Below, one piece after another: positions 40,884-52,527 of a stretch of 64,000 nucleotides of DNA. Both the position numbers and the translations under genes were made by a program. The notes below the pieces were generated by a model that saw only the letters and a list, made by a program, of their open reading frames with translations, did not search any database and was not told the DNA's origin. Origin of the DNA: Vulcanimicrobiota bacterium (lineage in GTDB: Bacteria; Vulcanimicrobiota; Vulcanimicrobiia; Vulcanimicrobiales; Vulcanimicrobiaceae); assembly GCA_963786105.1 (NCBI GenBank), contig CAWAXX010000025.1, positions 1 to 64,000 of the forward strand, given 5' to 3'. Numbering within the stretch: the first letter of the stretch is position 1; each line of letters opens with the position of its first letter.

Positions 40884-41779
40884 CTATCTCGTGAACATTG
40901 AGGAGAGCGCGAACCACGCGTTTTCGCGGCGTTCGAGGACGCGGCGATAAAAGTAGCCGCCCAGTGCGTTCCGAACGGCACGTAAATTCGCACTCGGTAG
41001 CCTTGCTCGACCAGTTCGCGCTGCGTTTGCGGGCGGCATCCGTACAGCATTTGAAACTCGAACCGATCCGCCGAAATCCCTCGAGCCGCCGCCAGCTCTT
41101 TTACGCGGGCGATGAGCCGGCGATCGTGCGTCGCAATGCCGGGATATCGTCCCGCGCGCCAACAGTTCGCCGGCGAGCTGCATGAAATGCTCGCGAATCT
41201 CCGGCATGCCTTGATAGGCGATCTCCGGCCGGCTCGCTGTACGCGCCCTTGCATAGCCGGACGCGGGCTCCCAGCGCGATGGCTCGTTCCACGTCGTCGG
41301 CCGTTCGCTTAAGATACGCCTGAAGCACGATGCCAACGTTCGGTTGCTGCGCGAACGCTCGCTCGAAAACGCGCAGCGTCGGTTGCGTTACGGGCGAACC
41401 CTCCATGTCGATGCGAACGAACGGGTCCGGGTTGCGCTTCGCGCGTTCGACGATGCGAAGGAGGTTTTCGAGGGCGAAGTCTTCGTCGACGAGCAAACCC
41501 ATCGCGGTCAACTTCACCGACACGTTCGAGTCGACGGCGCTCTCGGCAAGCGCGTCGAGGATTTGCAGGTACGTGTCGACGGTTTCGGTTGCCGCCCGGC
41601 GCTCGAGCACGTCTTCGCCGAGATAGTCCAACGATGCCGACATACCCGCAGCGTTGAGCTCTCGCACCGTTTCGACCGCCGATTCGATCGTCTCTCCTGG
41701 GACGAAGCGCTTTGCGAGAAAGAAGAAGTTTTTCTGAAAGGCTCGAGTCGGGAGCGAACAGACGATCGAGAATGGCCAT
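40884..41779 (-). CDS. Monofunctional proline dehydrogenase (frameshifted)
   Basis: SLDYLGE, SVKLTAMG, RIDMEGS, RLCKGAY, IATHD, EFQMLYG, YFYRR. Confidence 0.92.
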
Positions 41780-41783
41780 CGCT

Positions 41784-42560
41784 TCAGAGTACGACGCCGC
41801 GTCGCAAAATCCAGGCGCCGGCGAGCACGGCGGCCGCCAGCACGACGAAACCATAGCACAGGGCCAGCGCTTCGCGCACGCCGGACGCCGATAGCGCGAC
41901 GTACAGGGCAACCGGCAGCGAGGTCGGGTGAAATGCGACGATGCTGGTCGCTCCGTATTCGCCGATCGCACGCAACCATGCAAACGCGATGCCCGCTCCG
42001 ACGCTTCCGGCCGCGCCCGGCAACGCGATGCGCGTGAAGATGCGCCATTCGCTCGCCCCCAGCGTGCGGGCGGCATCTTCGTATACGGGATCGAGCGCGC
42101 TAAATGCCGCGGTCGCGGCAATCGCAACGAACGAACCCGACACGAAGAACTCGGCTACGCCCACGCCGAGCAGCGTGTCCGGAACGGAGAGTCCGTGCGC
42201 CGCGAGCCACCCGCCGGCCGGGGACTGCGTACCGAGAACGTAGAGCAGCATCAGCCCAGACGCGACCGGCGGGAACGCGAGCGGAAGCGCCAGCAGAAAA
42301 ATCGCGGCCGCGCGTAGTCTGGGGCGCATGCGCGAGAAAGCATAGCCGGCAGGAACGCCCAGGAGCGTCGCCGCTAAGGTTGCGCCGAGCGATGCGACGA
42401 GCGACACGCGCAACGCGTCGCGGCCGGAGGTGCTGAAGGCGACCGCCGCGTCGTGCGGCGACATCGATAGCAGCACCGCCACGACCGGTCCGACCGCGGC
42501 CGCGAGCAACAGCAGTGCGGCCACCGGAAAAAGGGGGCTTGGAAGCGGACGCGGCATCAT
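41784..42560 (-). CDS. Molybdate/sulfate-type ABC permease (ModB-like)
   Basis: LPLAFPPVASG, YEDAARTLGAS, RAIGEYGAT. Confidence 0.85.
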   Translation of the reverse strand: MMPRPLPSPLFPVAALLLLAAAVGPVVAVLLSMSPHDAAVAFSTSGRDALRVSLVASLGATLAATLLGVPAGYAFSRMRPRLRAAAIFLLALPLAFPPVASGLMLLYVLGTQSPAGGWLAAHGLSVPDTLLGVGVAEFFVSGSFVAIAATAAFSALDPVYEDAARTLGASEWRIFTRIALPGAAGSVGAGIAFAWLRAIGEYGATSIVAFHPTSLPVALYVALSASGVREALALCYGFVVLAAAVLAGAWILRRGVVL

Positions 42561-42569
42561 TGAGACTTC

Positions 42570-43135
42570 GTGGCTGCCGTTCTAAAAGTCGTCTTCGTCG
42601 CGCTGAGTCTGTCGCTCGACGTTTTCGCGGTCAGCATCGGCGTCGGCATTCGAGGCGTCCCTCCAGGCGTGAAATGGCGCATCGGCATCGCTTTTGCCTG
42701 CGCGGAAGTACTGATGAACCTGATCGGCGCCGGCGTCGGGTTGGCTGCCGGGAGATTTCTCGGCGACGTCGCCGGCTACATCGGTTTCGTCGCCCTGGTG
42801 GCCTTGGGTTTGTATATGATTAAGGAAAGCCGTAGCGAGTTCTCCGGCGCGTCGAAGCTCGATCTCTCGAAGGGTTGGGGACTGACCGTCGCCTCGTTGT
42901 CGATCAGTCTCGATTCGCTGGGCATCGGCTTTTCGATTCTGTACATCGGCGTGCCGCTGCCGATTTCACTCGTAATCATTGCGATTAGCTCGGTGCTGCT
43001 CGACCGCCCTCGGCCTAGCTCTCGGAGATCGCTCTGGGAACGTTTGCCGAGCGGTACGCAGCCTTTCTCGGCGGACTGCTGCTCGCGCTCACCGGTTTGG
43101 CGTTCATCGGCCTAAAGATCTTCCACCTCGGCTAA
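42570..43135 (+). CDS. MntP-family manganese efflux protein
   Basis: LSLDVFAVSIG and SISLDSLGIG; frameshift near 43000. Confidence 0.85.
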
Positions 43136-43149
43136 CGAACAGCGAAAAC

Positions 43150-44043
43150 ATGCACGTCGGGCAAGAGATTTTGGATCTCGCGAGGACCGCCGGCGCGCGA
43201 ACGACGTTCGTCGTCGGCATCGGCAAGAACGTCGGTAAGACGGTCACGATGCGCGCGATCTACGAGGCAGCCTGCGACCGCGGCCTGCGCGTGGGCGTCG
43301 CCTCGATCGGGCGCGACGGCGAGGCGATCGATGCCGGCGACGCCGCTCCCAAGCCGCGACTCTTTCTGCGGTCGCGGAACGCTTTTTGCAACCGCGCGCG
43401 AAGCGCTGCCGCGATCGCCCGCCGTCGAACTGGTGGATCTTTCGTCGCTGCGGACTGCAGCCGGACCGTTGCTGTACGCGCGCGTCGCCCAGGGCGCGTA
43501 CTACGAGCTGGTCGGACCTCCGACCGCGTCGGGCGTGCGCGAGGTCGTCGGTGCGCTTGAGCGAGCGGTGCGAAACGATCGTCGTAGACGGGGCGATCGA
43601 TCGGGTGGCGGCGGTGGCTGGAACGCCGGGTGCAATCGTGGTCGCGGCCGGAGCTGCAGCAGCCGGAACGATCGACGAAGCCGCCGACGCCGTTGCCGGG
43701 TTGGTGCGGCGTCTGACCGTCGCGGCGTACGACGATCGCGAGGCAGTGGTACACGTCGAAGGCGCACTGACGGCGACCCGCGCCGCCCGGCTTTATCGCC
43801 TCGCGCGAATCTCGCCAAATCGTGGTTCGCGACCCGACCCAGATCGCGCTTTCGGGCAGAGCTGCATCGAACGCGTTCGAGCGGCTGCGAATCCGTTGCC
43901 TACGACCGCTGCACGTCGTTGCCGTCACCGTTGCGTCGATCGGACGCGAGCGAACGTTCGAACCGAGAGCGTTTGCGCGGGCAATCGCCGCCGCGGTCGG
44001 CTTGCCGACGTTCGACGTGTACGCGGGAGAACGCGCCGCGTGA
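43150..44043 (+). CDS. KamB-like lysine 5,6-aminomutase reactivase subunit (frameshifted)
   Basis: GIGKNVGKT, SIGRDGE, KPRLF, VDGAIDR; adjacent to a MutS-like ATPase and kce. Confidence 0.65.
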
Positions 44044-45675
44044 ACGTGACGACGCTAGCTCGATTCGGCCGGCGCCCGCGCCTTCGAGTCTGAGTGGCTC
44101 AGGGACGCGCTGCAGCCGGTGAGCGAGTACGGGTCGCGCATTTTCGCCGACGTGCGCCCGTTCTCGCCGGGTGACGAGGAGGACGCCCAAGCTCGCGCGC
44201 AACGCGTCGCCGATTGCGCCGCCGCGTTCGACATGGTTCGCTTCGACGCCGTTCGCGATGCGTTGCGCTCGGCACCTGAAGCCATCGGACCGATCGCGCG
44301 CGCGTCGATGGGAGACGTCCTCGCCGACGCTAACTTCTTCGAGTTGCAGCGCTTCTGCGATGCCGTCGACCACGTCGACGGATTGGTGAATGGGTCGGCC
44401 GGCATCGAGCCGATTCTCAATTCCGGCGTTCGTGCCGTGAGGGAGGCGCTGGCCCCGGGACGAACGGGCGCGTACGAGTTTTATTTGGCCGATGCGTTCG
44501 ACGTCGCGTTGGCGGCGGCGCGTGCGGAGTTGGCGGATGCGCAAGCCGATCTCGACGCCGCACGCGGGCGTACGCTCGACGCGGATCGCGGATCGGCTAA
44601 AGCGCGACGACGTCTCGAGCGACGAGTTCATCGTTATGCGGGCCGATGTCGAAGGAGCGCTTCCGGCGGGAGTGCGCGTGCTTCGCGAAGCGCCGACGTA
44701 CTATCTGTGCACGGTGGAGCTTGACGAAGCGAGCGCTGGCGACACTCCGGCGGCGCGACGCCGCTGCCGATGCCGTCGCTGCCGCCGAAGAGCGCGTCCG
44801 CACCGCGCTGTCTTCAATCGTCGCCGCCAACGCATCGCAACTCGACGCGGCTGCCGCCGCGTTCGGCGAACTCGACGTGCTCGTCGCGGCCGCCCGCTTT
44901 GCTCTTCATCATCGCTGCAGCGTCGCGCAAGTCGCGACCGCGCCGATGCTGGCGTTCGAGGGCGGCCGCTTCCTCCCGCTGGAGGTCGAACTGGCACGCG
45001 AAGGGCGGACATTCACCCCGATCGACGTCGACCTGAGCGGCGTGGCGGTGCTTACCGGCCCGAATATGGGTGGGAAGAGCGTCTGTTTGCGCACGTGTGG
45101 ATTCATCGCGCTGTGCGCTGCGCTGGGACTGCCGGTGCCGGCACACCGCGCGACGGCCGGACTGTTCGACGAGATTGCGATGGCTCGGCATCGGCATCCA
45201 GGACGAGCCGATGGGCGGCCTGCTTTCAGCCTTCGCCCAGGAAGTCGTGCGCCTCCGCGACCTCCTCGCCCGCGACGCTCGACGGCTCCTGGTACTCGTC
45301 GATGAGTTTGCGCGTACGACGACGCCGCTGGAAGGGAAGGCACTGCTGGTCGCGCTCCTGCGTCGTCTTCGCGACCGGGCCGCCTGCGGACTGGCGGCCA
45401 CCCATCTAGCGGGCGTTGCCGTTGAGGCCGGCGCACGCCATTTCGCGGTCCGCGGACTGCGAGGAATCCCGCAGCCGCCGCCAACGGGCGATCTGCATCA
45501 GGCCCTGGCGGCCTTGGCGGAGTCGATGGACTACACGATCGCCGAAGTCGGGGACGATGCCTCGACCGTCGCCGACGCGATCGCGCTGGCATCGTTGCTG
45601 GGACTCGACGCCGAGCTCGTCGAGATTGCTCGCCGGCATCTCGCGTCGCCGGGGAACCCGGGTTTGTCATCCTAA
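44040..45675 (+). CDS. MutS-domain-V ATPase, KamC-like (frameshifted)
   Basis: LTGPNMGGKS, LSAFAQEV, VDEFARTT, ATH; no mismatch-binding domain recognised. Confidence 0.75.
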
Positions 45676-45764
45676 GCGTCGCGCCTCCGCTCCGGATGAC
45701 ACCGTGTTGCGCGACTCTCGGGATGCGAGAGTAGCGCGAGTCGGCGTGCTCGAAGAGCGTCGAG

Positions 45765-46608
45765 GTGGAGCCGCTGATCATCACGTGCGCCCCGGTCGGC
45801 GCCGAGCTCACTCTCGAGCAGACGCCGTACTTACCGCATACGCCGGTGCTGCTCGGAGAGACCGCGCGCGCGGTCGAGGAAGCCGGAGGCTCGATCGTGC
45901 ACGTGCATTGCCGTAACGACGACGGCACGAATACGCACGACGTCGAGCGGTTCCGGGAGGCCTACGACTCGATCCGCGCCCAGAGCGATTTGATCGTGCA
46001 GTTCTCGACCGGCGGTGCGATCGGCATGACGCCCGACGGAGCGCGCCAGCGTGCTCCAGCTGCGACCGGAGATGGCGACGCTGACGTGCGGCAGCGTGAA
46101 CTTCGGCGACGACATTTTTGAGAACAGCTTTCCGATCATGCGCGGGATCCTCGCGAAAATGGACGAGTTCGGCGTGCGGCCCGAGTTGGAAATCTTCGAC
46201 AAGGGTCATCTCGCCAACGCGCGCCGTCTCGCCAAGGAGGGCTTGCTCGCCTTTCCTCAGCACGTCGACTTCGTGCTCGGCGTGCCCGGCGGGCTCGAAG
46301 CGACCGTACAGAATCTTTGCGAGCTCGTCGACGACCTGCCGCCCGGGTGCACGTGGTCGGTTGCCGGCATCGGCCGCCAGCAGCTTCCGATGGCCATGGC
46401 CGCGATTGCGATGGGCGGTCACGTGCGGGTCGGTCTCGAGGACAACGTGTACTACAGCAAGGGGCGGCTGGCACGCAATGAAGAGTTGGTCGCTCGCGTC
46501 GCACGGATCGCGCGGGAAGCCGGACGTCCGGTCGCTACGCCAAGCCAAGCGCGTGAACTGCTCGGTCTTCGCGTGCGGGAAGGCCTTTCGCCCGCGCCTG
46601 CTAACTAG
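45765..46608 (+). CDS. kce: 3-keto-5-aminohexanoate cleavage enzyme (BKACE), frameshift near 46040
   Basis: LIITCAPVGAE, HVHCR, QFSTGGA, GGHVRVGLEDN. Confidence 0.85.
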
Positions 46609-46648
46609 GGAAGCTCATTCGGAGCCGCGGCTGAGGAGGATGTCCTAG

Positions 46649-47623
46649 CTGTTCACTTACGTCATACGCCGGACGCTGCAGTCGATTCCCTTGCTGCTGC
46701 TGATATCGATCATCCTCTACGCCATCCTTTACAACATGCCGGGTGGTCCGCTCGCGCCCTATCTCTCCAATCCGCATATCACGCCGGCCGACATCGCGCG
46801 GCTGAAACACAATCTCGGAATGGACCAGCCGGTTCCGATCCAGTACTTGAAATGGCTCGGACATATCCTCACCGGGGATATGGGCTATTCGACCAGCAAC
46901 TCCGAGCCGGTTTTCCAGGCGATCGTCGAGCGCATCCCCGCGACCCTCGAGCTGATGCTCACCTCATTCATCTTTTCGGTCGTCATCGGCGTCGCGGCCG
47001 GAATCGTGTCGGCAGTCTGGCGTTACTCCGTGGTGGACTACTTCATCACGACGCTGGCATTCTTCGGTCAGTCGATGCCGGTATTCTGGTTCGCCCTCAT
47101 GATGCAGCTCGCGTTCGCCGTTCACGGCATTCCGCTGCCGTTCGGGTATCAGATTCAGCTGCCGTCGGCCGGAATCTCGAGCAGCGACACGTTCGATCTC
47201 AGCGATCGCCTGTCGCATTTGGTGCTTCCGACCATCGTGCTTTCGCTCTTGTCGCTCGCGCTCTACAGCCGGTTCATGCGCTCGTCGCTCTTGGAAGTTC
47301 TCGGCACGGATTACATGCGCACGGCCGCGGCCAAGGGTTTGAGTTTCCGGACCATTCTCTTCAAGCACGGTCTCAAAAACGCCATGATTCCGGTCGTCAC
47401 GATTCTCGCGCTTTCGTTGCCAGGAGTCCTCGGCGGCGCGATCATCACCGAGACGATCTTCGCCTGGCCAGGCACCGGCCGGCTCTTCTACAACGCGTTG
47501 ACGCAGAGCGACATCGCGCTGCTGATGGGCGTGCTGATCATGCTGGCGTTCTTGGTCGTGTTCTCGAATTTGCTCGCCGACGTCGTTTACGCGTGGCTGG
47601 ATCCGCGCGTGAAGTACGACTGA
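46649..47623 (+). CDS. Peptide/nickel ABC permease (OppB/DppB-like)
   Basis: FTYVIRRTLQSIP, DYMRTAAAKGL, ITETIFAWPG, LDPRVKY. Confidence 0.92.
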   Translation: MFTYVIRRTLQSIPLLLLISIILYAILYNMPGGPLAPYLSNPHITPADIARLKHNLGMDQPVPIQYLKWLGHILTGDMGYSTSNSEPVFQAIVERIPATLELMLTSFIFSVVIGVAAGIVSAVWRYSVVDYFITTLAFFGQSMPVFWFALMMQLAFAVHGIPLPFGYQIQLPSAGISSSDTFDLSDRLSHLVLPTIVLSLLSLALYSRFMRSSLLEVLGTDYMRTAAAKGLSFRTILFKHGLKNAMIPVVTILALSLPGVLGGAIITETIFAWPGTGRLFYNALTQSDIALLMGVLIMLAFLVVFSNLLADVVYAWLDPRVKYD

Positions 47624-47635
47624 GAAAAACGCTTT

Positions 47636-48571
47636 ATGGCCGCCACCCTTCCGGTTCCGTCCGCTGCGATCGAAGAAGACCTTCAAACCACCAAGGTCAC
47701 ATTCTGGACGCGCTTGCGCCGCCACAAGCTGGCCATCGCCGGACTCATCGTACTCGTTCTGATGGTATCGGGCGCCGTGTTTGCGGGACAGCTCGCGCCG
47801 TTCGATCCAAACGCGATCGACAACGTCCACTGGCAGGGTACGCCGCTGCCGCCGTGCTTCCAGGATGCGTCGCAGTGCGGCGGTCACCCGCTGGGCACCG
47901 ACGAGGTCGGGCGCGATCTACTGTCGCGGCTGCTCTTCGGGGCGCGCATTTCGCTCATGGTCGGGCTCTTCGCGGTCCTCATGGAGGTAGTGATCGGCAC
48001 CACGCTGGGCGCGATCTCCGGCTATTACGGCGGCTGGATCGACTGGGCGATCATGCGCGTTACCGACGTCTTTTTATCGATCCCACTGCTACCGCTGCTG
48101 CTGGTGCTGACGGCAATCGTGGCGGCCAGCTCGTCGAAGGCGGCGCTGAATTTCGGCGTCATCGTACTCATCATCGGCGCGCTGTCGTGGATGAGCGTCG
48201 CTCGACTCGTGCGCGCGTCGTTCTTGAGCCTCCGCGAGCGTGAATTTGCCGAAGCCGCCCGAGCGGTCGGGAACAACGACGGGCGAATCATCTTTCGCCA
48301 CCTGTTGCCCAACGCCGTCGCCCCGATCGTGGTGCAGGCTACCCTCGACGTCGCCGGCGTCATCGTGCTCGAATCGACGCTCTCGTTTCTGGGCTTGGGA
48401 ATTCAGCCGCCGACCGCCTCGTGGGGCAACATGCTTTCGAACGCCCAGGCCAACCTTCAGACTGCCTGGTGGGCGGCGGTCTTCCCGGGATTGTGCATCC
48501 TGGCGACGGTCTTGTCGATCAACTACATCGGCGACGGTCTGCGCGATGCGCTTGACCCGAATATGCGGTAG
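47636..48571 (+). CDS. Peptide/nickel ABC permease (OppC/DppC-like)
   Basis: HPLGTDEVGRD, EFAEAARAVG, SWGNML, GDGLRDALDP. Confidence 0.93.
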   Translation: MAATLPVPSAAIEEDLQTTKVTFWTRLRRHKLAIAGLIVLVLMVSGAVFAGQLAPFDPNAIDNVHWQGTPLPPCFQDASQCGGHPLGTDEVGRDLLSRLLFGARISLMVGLFAVLMEVVIGTTLGAISGYYGGWIDWAIMRVTDVFLSIPLLPLLLVLTAIVAASSSKAALNFGVIVLIIGALSWMSVARLVRASFLSLREREFAEAARAVGNNDGRIIFRHLLPNAVAPIVVQATLDVAGVIVLESTLSFLGLGIQPPTASWGNMLSNAQANLQTAWWAAVFPGLCILATVLSINYIGDGLRDALDPNMR

Positions 48572-48612
48572 GGGCTAGACTCTAGTGTCCTCGTGACACG
48601 GGCACTCAGCCT

Positions 48613-48696
48613 GCGCAAGTGGCGGAATTGGTAGACGCACTAGCTTGAGGGGCTAGCGGGAGCAATCTCGTGCAGGTTCAAGTCCTGTCTTGCGCA
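48613..48696 (+). tRNA. tRNA-Leu(GAG), CCA not encoded
   Basis: Acceptor GCGCAAG/CTTGCGC, anticodon arm CTAGC-TTGAGGG-GCTAG, long variable arm, GGTTCAAGTCC. Confidence 0.95.
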
Positions 48697-48900
48697 TGAT
48701 CGCCCCGCGTGGGGGCCACTTTTTGTTCGATCTTTGATTCGCGACCGGCAGCCTTCGTGATACCCTGGCACTGCGGCCTCGCCCCGCGGGTGCCCGTTTC
48801 TGGGCACCGACGACACACAGATTATTAAGGCAGTCAGTTTGAAACAGTGGCCCAGCCCGCCGCGTAAAGCTAGACAAATGGTACCGACGGAGCTTTCGAC

Positions 48901-51900
48901 GTGTGGTTGACGCGCTTTGCCATAACTCGCCCGGTGGTTACCGCGATGGTTTTCATCGCGTTGGCTATTTTCGGGTGGATCGCTTTCGAGAAGCTGGGGC
49001 GCAGTAACGATCCGCCGGGCACGGCGTTTCCGATCGTCGTCGTCTTCGCCAACTATCCGGGCGCGTCGCCGCAAGAGATGGAACGGCTGGTCGTCAAGCC
49101 GATCGAAGATCAACTCGCCGACATCGACAACCTCGATCAGCTCACCGCCACCGCCCAGGAAGGCGCGGCCTCGATCGGCGTTCAGTTCAAACTCGGCACG
49201 GATCTCAGCATGGCGGCCATCAACGTGCAGAGCGCCGTCGACACGGCGCGCGTCTACCTGCCGACCGATCTCGATCCGCCGCAGGTCTTTAAAAACGGCG
49301 CCTCCGAACCGTTGCTTGACATCGCCATCAGTTCCAAGGCGCTGGCGCCGACCGCCCTCGCCGATCTCGTCAATAATCGCGTACAGCCCCTGCTCAAGGC
49401 GATTCCCAACGTTCAGACCGTCGACGTGTACGGCGCGTCGGCGCGCGAGTTTCACGTCGAGCCGATTCCCGCCAAACTACTGGGCAGCGGCGCAACCCTT
49501 CGTGAAGTCTTCGCGGCGGTAGCCGCCAACAACGCGAACCTTCCGGGCGGCATTTTGCGCGAGCCGACGCAGGAGACGAGCGTCTCGGTTCACGCCGAAA
49601 TCAACAACGCACAGGATCTGCTGAACATCCCGCTCCCCGTTCCCGGCATGTCGAGCAAGGCGATGCGGATCGGCGACGTCGCCGGGGCTTACGATTCGCA
49701 CGTCGAGCCGACGTCGATCTCTCACTACAACGGCTTGCCCCGGCTGTACGTGGAGATGAGCCGGAACATCAACGCGGACGAGATCACGTCGACGAAAGTT
49801 GCACGCGAACATATCAAGCAGATCGAGGCGCAGTTCCCCGAACTCACCTTCAACGAAATCGACGCACCGGCCGATTACACGCAGCGGTCGCTCAACGGCG
49901 TGTGGCAGTCGCTCTTCGAAGGCATCCTCTTGACGATGATCGTCATGATGCTCTTCCTGCATCTTTGGCGGAACGCCATCGTCGTCATGGTCTCGATTCC
50001 GACGTCGATTCTCTCGACGTTCATCTTGATGAATATGTTCGGCTTCCACCTCGACACGATGTCCCTGATGGGACTTTCGCTAATCATCGGGATCTTGGTC
50101 GACGACTCGATCGTCGTGCTCGAAAACATTACGCGACATCGAGATCTCGGCGAGGATCCGATGGATGCCGCCATCAACGGCCGCAGCGAGATCGGCGGCG
50201 CGGCGGTAGCCATCACGATGGTCGACGTCGTCGTCTTCCTGCCGATCGCGTTTCTGCCCGGCATCGTCGGCATGTATCTCAAAGAGTTCGGCGCGGTGAT
50301 CGTCATCGCGACGCTCTTCTCGCTGTTCGTTTCGTTTACGCTAACGCCGCTGCTCGCGGCGAGGTGGAGCGTCCGGCAGCGTTCCCCCGGACGGCCGAAA
50401 TGGCTGGACGCGCTGCGGTCGTGGAAGGTCATGGCCGCCATGCTGGGAGGCGCGCTGGTCGCCTACTTCGTCCCGTGGCAGATACTGGCTCTGCCCAAAG
50501 AACTCAACTTGGTCATTCCGGTCATGATCGTCGCGGTATTGATCCTCAACGCTTTCGTGCAGAACTACGAAGGCATTCTCGGCTGGTATAAAACGCGCGC
50601 TTTGGGCTTCGCGCTCGAGCACGGTTTGTTCGTCGTCTACGTCTGCGCGGTGCTCGTCGTCAACGCCCTCACGCTGGCCGCCGGAGCGGGCAGCGCCACG
50701 ATCGTAGTGAACGTCCTGTTTTTAATCTTTGCCCTCGTTTGGCACGGCATCGGTTTCATGATGCGCCGGCGCGTTGCGAAGGAGAAGCTCGGCCTGCGGT
50801 GGTCGCGCTTGCCGCAATCGCGCTCGAAGATGCAGCGCGCGTTAAAGTGGGCCTCCGACGCGGGCGCGAACGCCGTGCGGCTCGCCGGCCAATGGTTTTA
50901 TGCGACCGGCCGCGAGCGGCGGCTGACCGCGATCACTTTAGCGATCCCGGTCGTGCTGGCGATCGTGTTTGCGGCGCTCGGTCCGATCAACTTCGATTTC
51001 GTCCCGGCCGTTCAAGACGGATCGATCTCGATGACGGTGACGTACCCTCCCGGGACGCCGCTGCTGGTGACGGAAAAATACGTGAGCCAGCTCGAGGAAG
51101 GCATCCTGAAGATCGACGGGCTCAAATCGGTCAGCTCGACCGTCGGCCGCAAGCCCGAGGGCTGGGGAACCGCGATCGGCGACAACTACGCACGGTTGAA
51201 CGCGCAAACGACGGACGACCGCACCAAAGACACGTACAAGATCATCGACGAGATCCGTCAGCTCAAGTATCTGGTTCCCGGGAGCGAGTTCCAAGTTGCC
51301 GGCGAAAGTGGCGGCGGCTCCGGCGCGGAGATCTTTTACTCGCTGTCCGGTCCTGAGGACGCGATCGGGCCGGGGGCGGAAAAGGTCGCCCAGTTCCTGC
51401 GCGATACGCCCGGCAGCGTGAACGTGCAAACGAGCAACGAACTCGCCTCGCCGCGGCTCAACGTGAACGTCGACGCGCAAAAGGCCGAAGTGGTCGGCGT
51501 GGCGCCGGCCGACGCCGCCGCAGTCGCTCGCTTTGCGGTTGACGGCGCCGTAGCCACCAAAGTGCGAACGGATAACGGGCTGGTGGACGTGCGCGTACAG
51601 TTCCCGCTCGCCTACCGCTCCACCGTCGACGACCTCAGGGCGGTGCGCGTACGCGCGGAGGACGGCACCATCGTGCCGTTGTCGGACATCGCGAACTTCG
51701 TGTGGACGAAAGCCCCGGTACAAATCCAACGGCTCAATCGTCAGCGCGTCGTCAACGTGTACGGCGGCGTTCTCCCCAGTTACTCGCTCGGCGCGGTTAC
51801 CGGTCCGCTCGAGAAGAAACTGCATTCGCCCGGATTCCTTCCGGAAGGCGTCCAGCTCACGGCGCAGGGCGACACGCAGTACATGATCGAGACGTTGAAT

Positions 51901-52473
51901 AATATGATGATCGCGCTGGCGACGTCCTTCATGCTCGTCTATATCCTGATGGTGATTCTCTACGGATCGTTTGTCGAGCCGTTCATCGTCATGTTCTCCG
52001 TCCCGCTCGCTATCATCGGCGCGCTGGTCGGGCTCGCGCTGATGCACCGCATCGAGCCCAACGCCGGACAGTCGCTCAACATCATTTCGATGATCGGCGT
52101 CGTGATGCTCTTTGGACTGGTGTCGAAAAACGGCATCTTGTTGGTCGACTATTCGAACACGCTATGCCGTCGCGGCATGCGCGTGCGCGACGCCGTGTTG
52201 CAGGCTGCCGGGACGCGCTTTCGGCCCATCTTGATGACGACGTGCGCTATGATCTTCGGCATGCTGCCGCTTTCGCTCGGTTTTGCGGAAGGCGGCGAGT
52301 GGCGACAAGCGATGGGCACGGTCATCATCGGCGGTCTGGCGAGCTCGTTGATCCTCACGCTGTTCCTAGTACCGATGATTTACAACACGTGGATCGGGTT
52401 CTTCGAGCGCAACGCGGACCGGCACGCCATCGAAGCCGAGATGTCGCAGCCCACGGCACCCGCTACGGCCTAG
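48901..52473 (+). CDS. RND efflux permease (AcrB/HAE1-like)
   Basis: FAITRPV, GILVDDSIVVLENI, KNGILLVDY, RFRPILMTT. Confidence 0.95.
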   Translation: MWLTRFAITRPVVTAMVFIALAIFGWIAFEKLGRSNDPPGTAFPIVVVFANYPGASPQEMERLVVKPIEDQLADIDNLDQLTATAQEGAASIGVQFKLGTDLSMAAINVQSAVDTARVYLPTDLDPPQVFKNGASEPLLDIAISSKALAPTALADLVNNRVQPLLKAIPNVQTVDVYGASAREFHVEPIPAKLLGSGATLREVFAAVAANNANLPGGILREPTQETSVSVHAEINNAQDLLNIPLPVPGMSSKAMRIGDVAGAYDSHVEPTSISHYNGLPRLYVEMSRNINADEITSTKVAREHIKQIEAQFPELTFNEIDAPADYTQRSLNGVWQSLFEGILLTMIVMMLFLHLWRNAIVVMVSIPTSILSTFILMNMFGFHLDTMSLMGLSLIIGILVDDSIVVLENITRHRDLGEDPMDAAINGRSEIGGAAVAITMVDVVVFLPIAFLPGIVGMYLKEFGAVIVIATLFSLFVSFTLTPLLAARWSVRQRSPGRPKWLDALRSWKVMAAMLGGALVAYFVPWQILALPKELNLVIPVMIVAVLILNAFVQNYEGILGWYKTRALGFALEHGLFVVYVCAVLVVNALTLAAGAGSATIVVNVLFLIFALVWHGIGFMMRRRVAKEKLGLRWSRLPQSRSKMQRALKWASDAGANAVRLAGQWFYATGRERRLTAITLAIPVVLAIVFAALGPINFDFVPAVQDGSISMTVTYPPGTPLLVTEKYVSQLEEGILKIDGLKSVSSTVGRKPEGWGTAIGDNYARLNAQTTDDRTKDTYKIIDEIRQLKYLVPGSEFQVAGESGGGSGAEIFYSLSGPEDAIGPGAEKVAQFLRDTPGSVNVQTSNELASPRLNVNVDAQKAEVVGVAPADAAAVARFAVDGAVATKVRTDNGLVDVRVQFPLAYRSTVDDLRAVRVRAEDGTIVPLSDIANFVWTKAPVQIQRLNRQRVVNVYGGVLPSYSLGAVTGPLEKKLHSPGFLPEGVQLTAQGDTQYMIETLNNMMIALATSFMLVYILMVILYGSFVEPFIVMFSVPLAIIGALVGLALMHRIEPNAGQSLNIISMIGVVMLFGLVSKNGILLVDYSNTLCRRGMRVRDAVLQAAGTRFRPILMTTCAMIFGMLPLSLGFAEGGEWRQAMGTVIIGGLASSLILTLFLVPMIYNTWIGFFERNADRHAIEAEMSQPTAPATA

Positions 52474-52527
52474 CGCCCGCCGCCGGGCCGCGTTTAGGGG
52501 CGAGCAAGCGCGGGTAAACATCCGGCG

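Noticed and set aside
48613..48900. tRNA-Leu as an integration site
   Set aside because: No integrase nearby and no duplicated tRNA 3' end seen.
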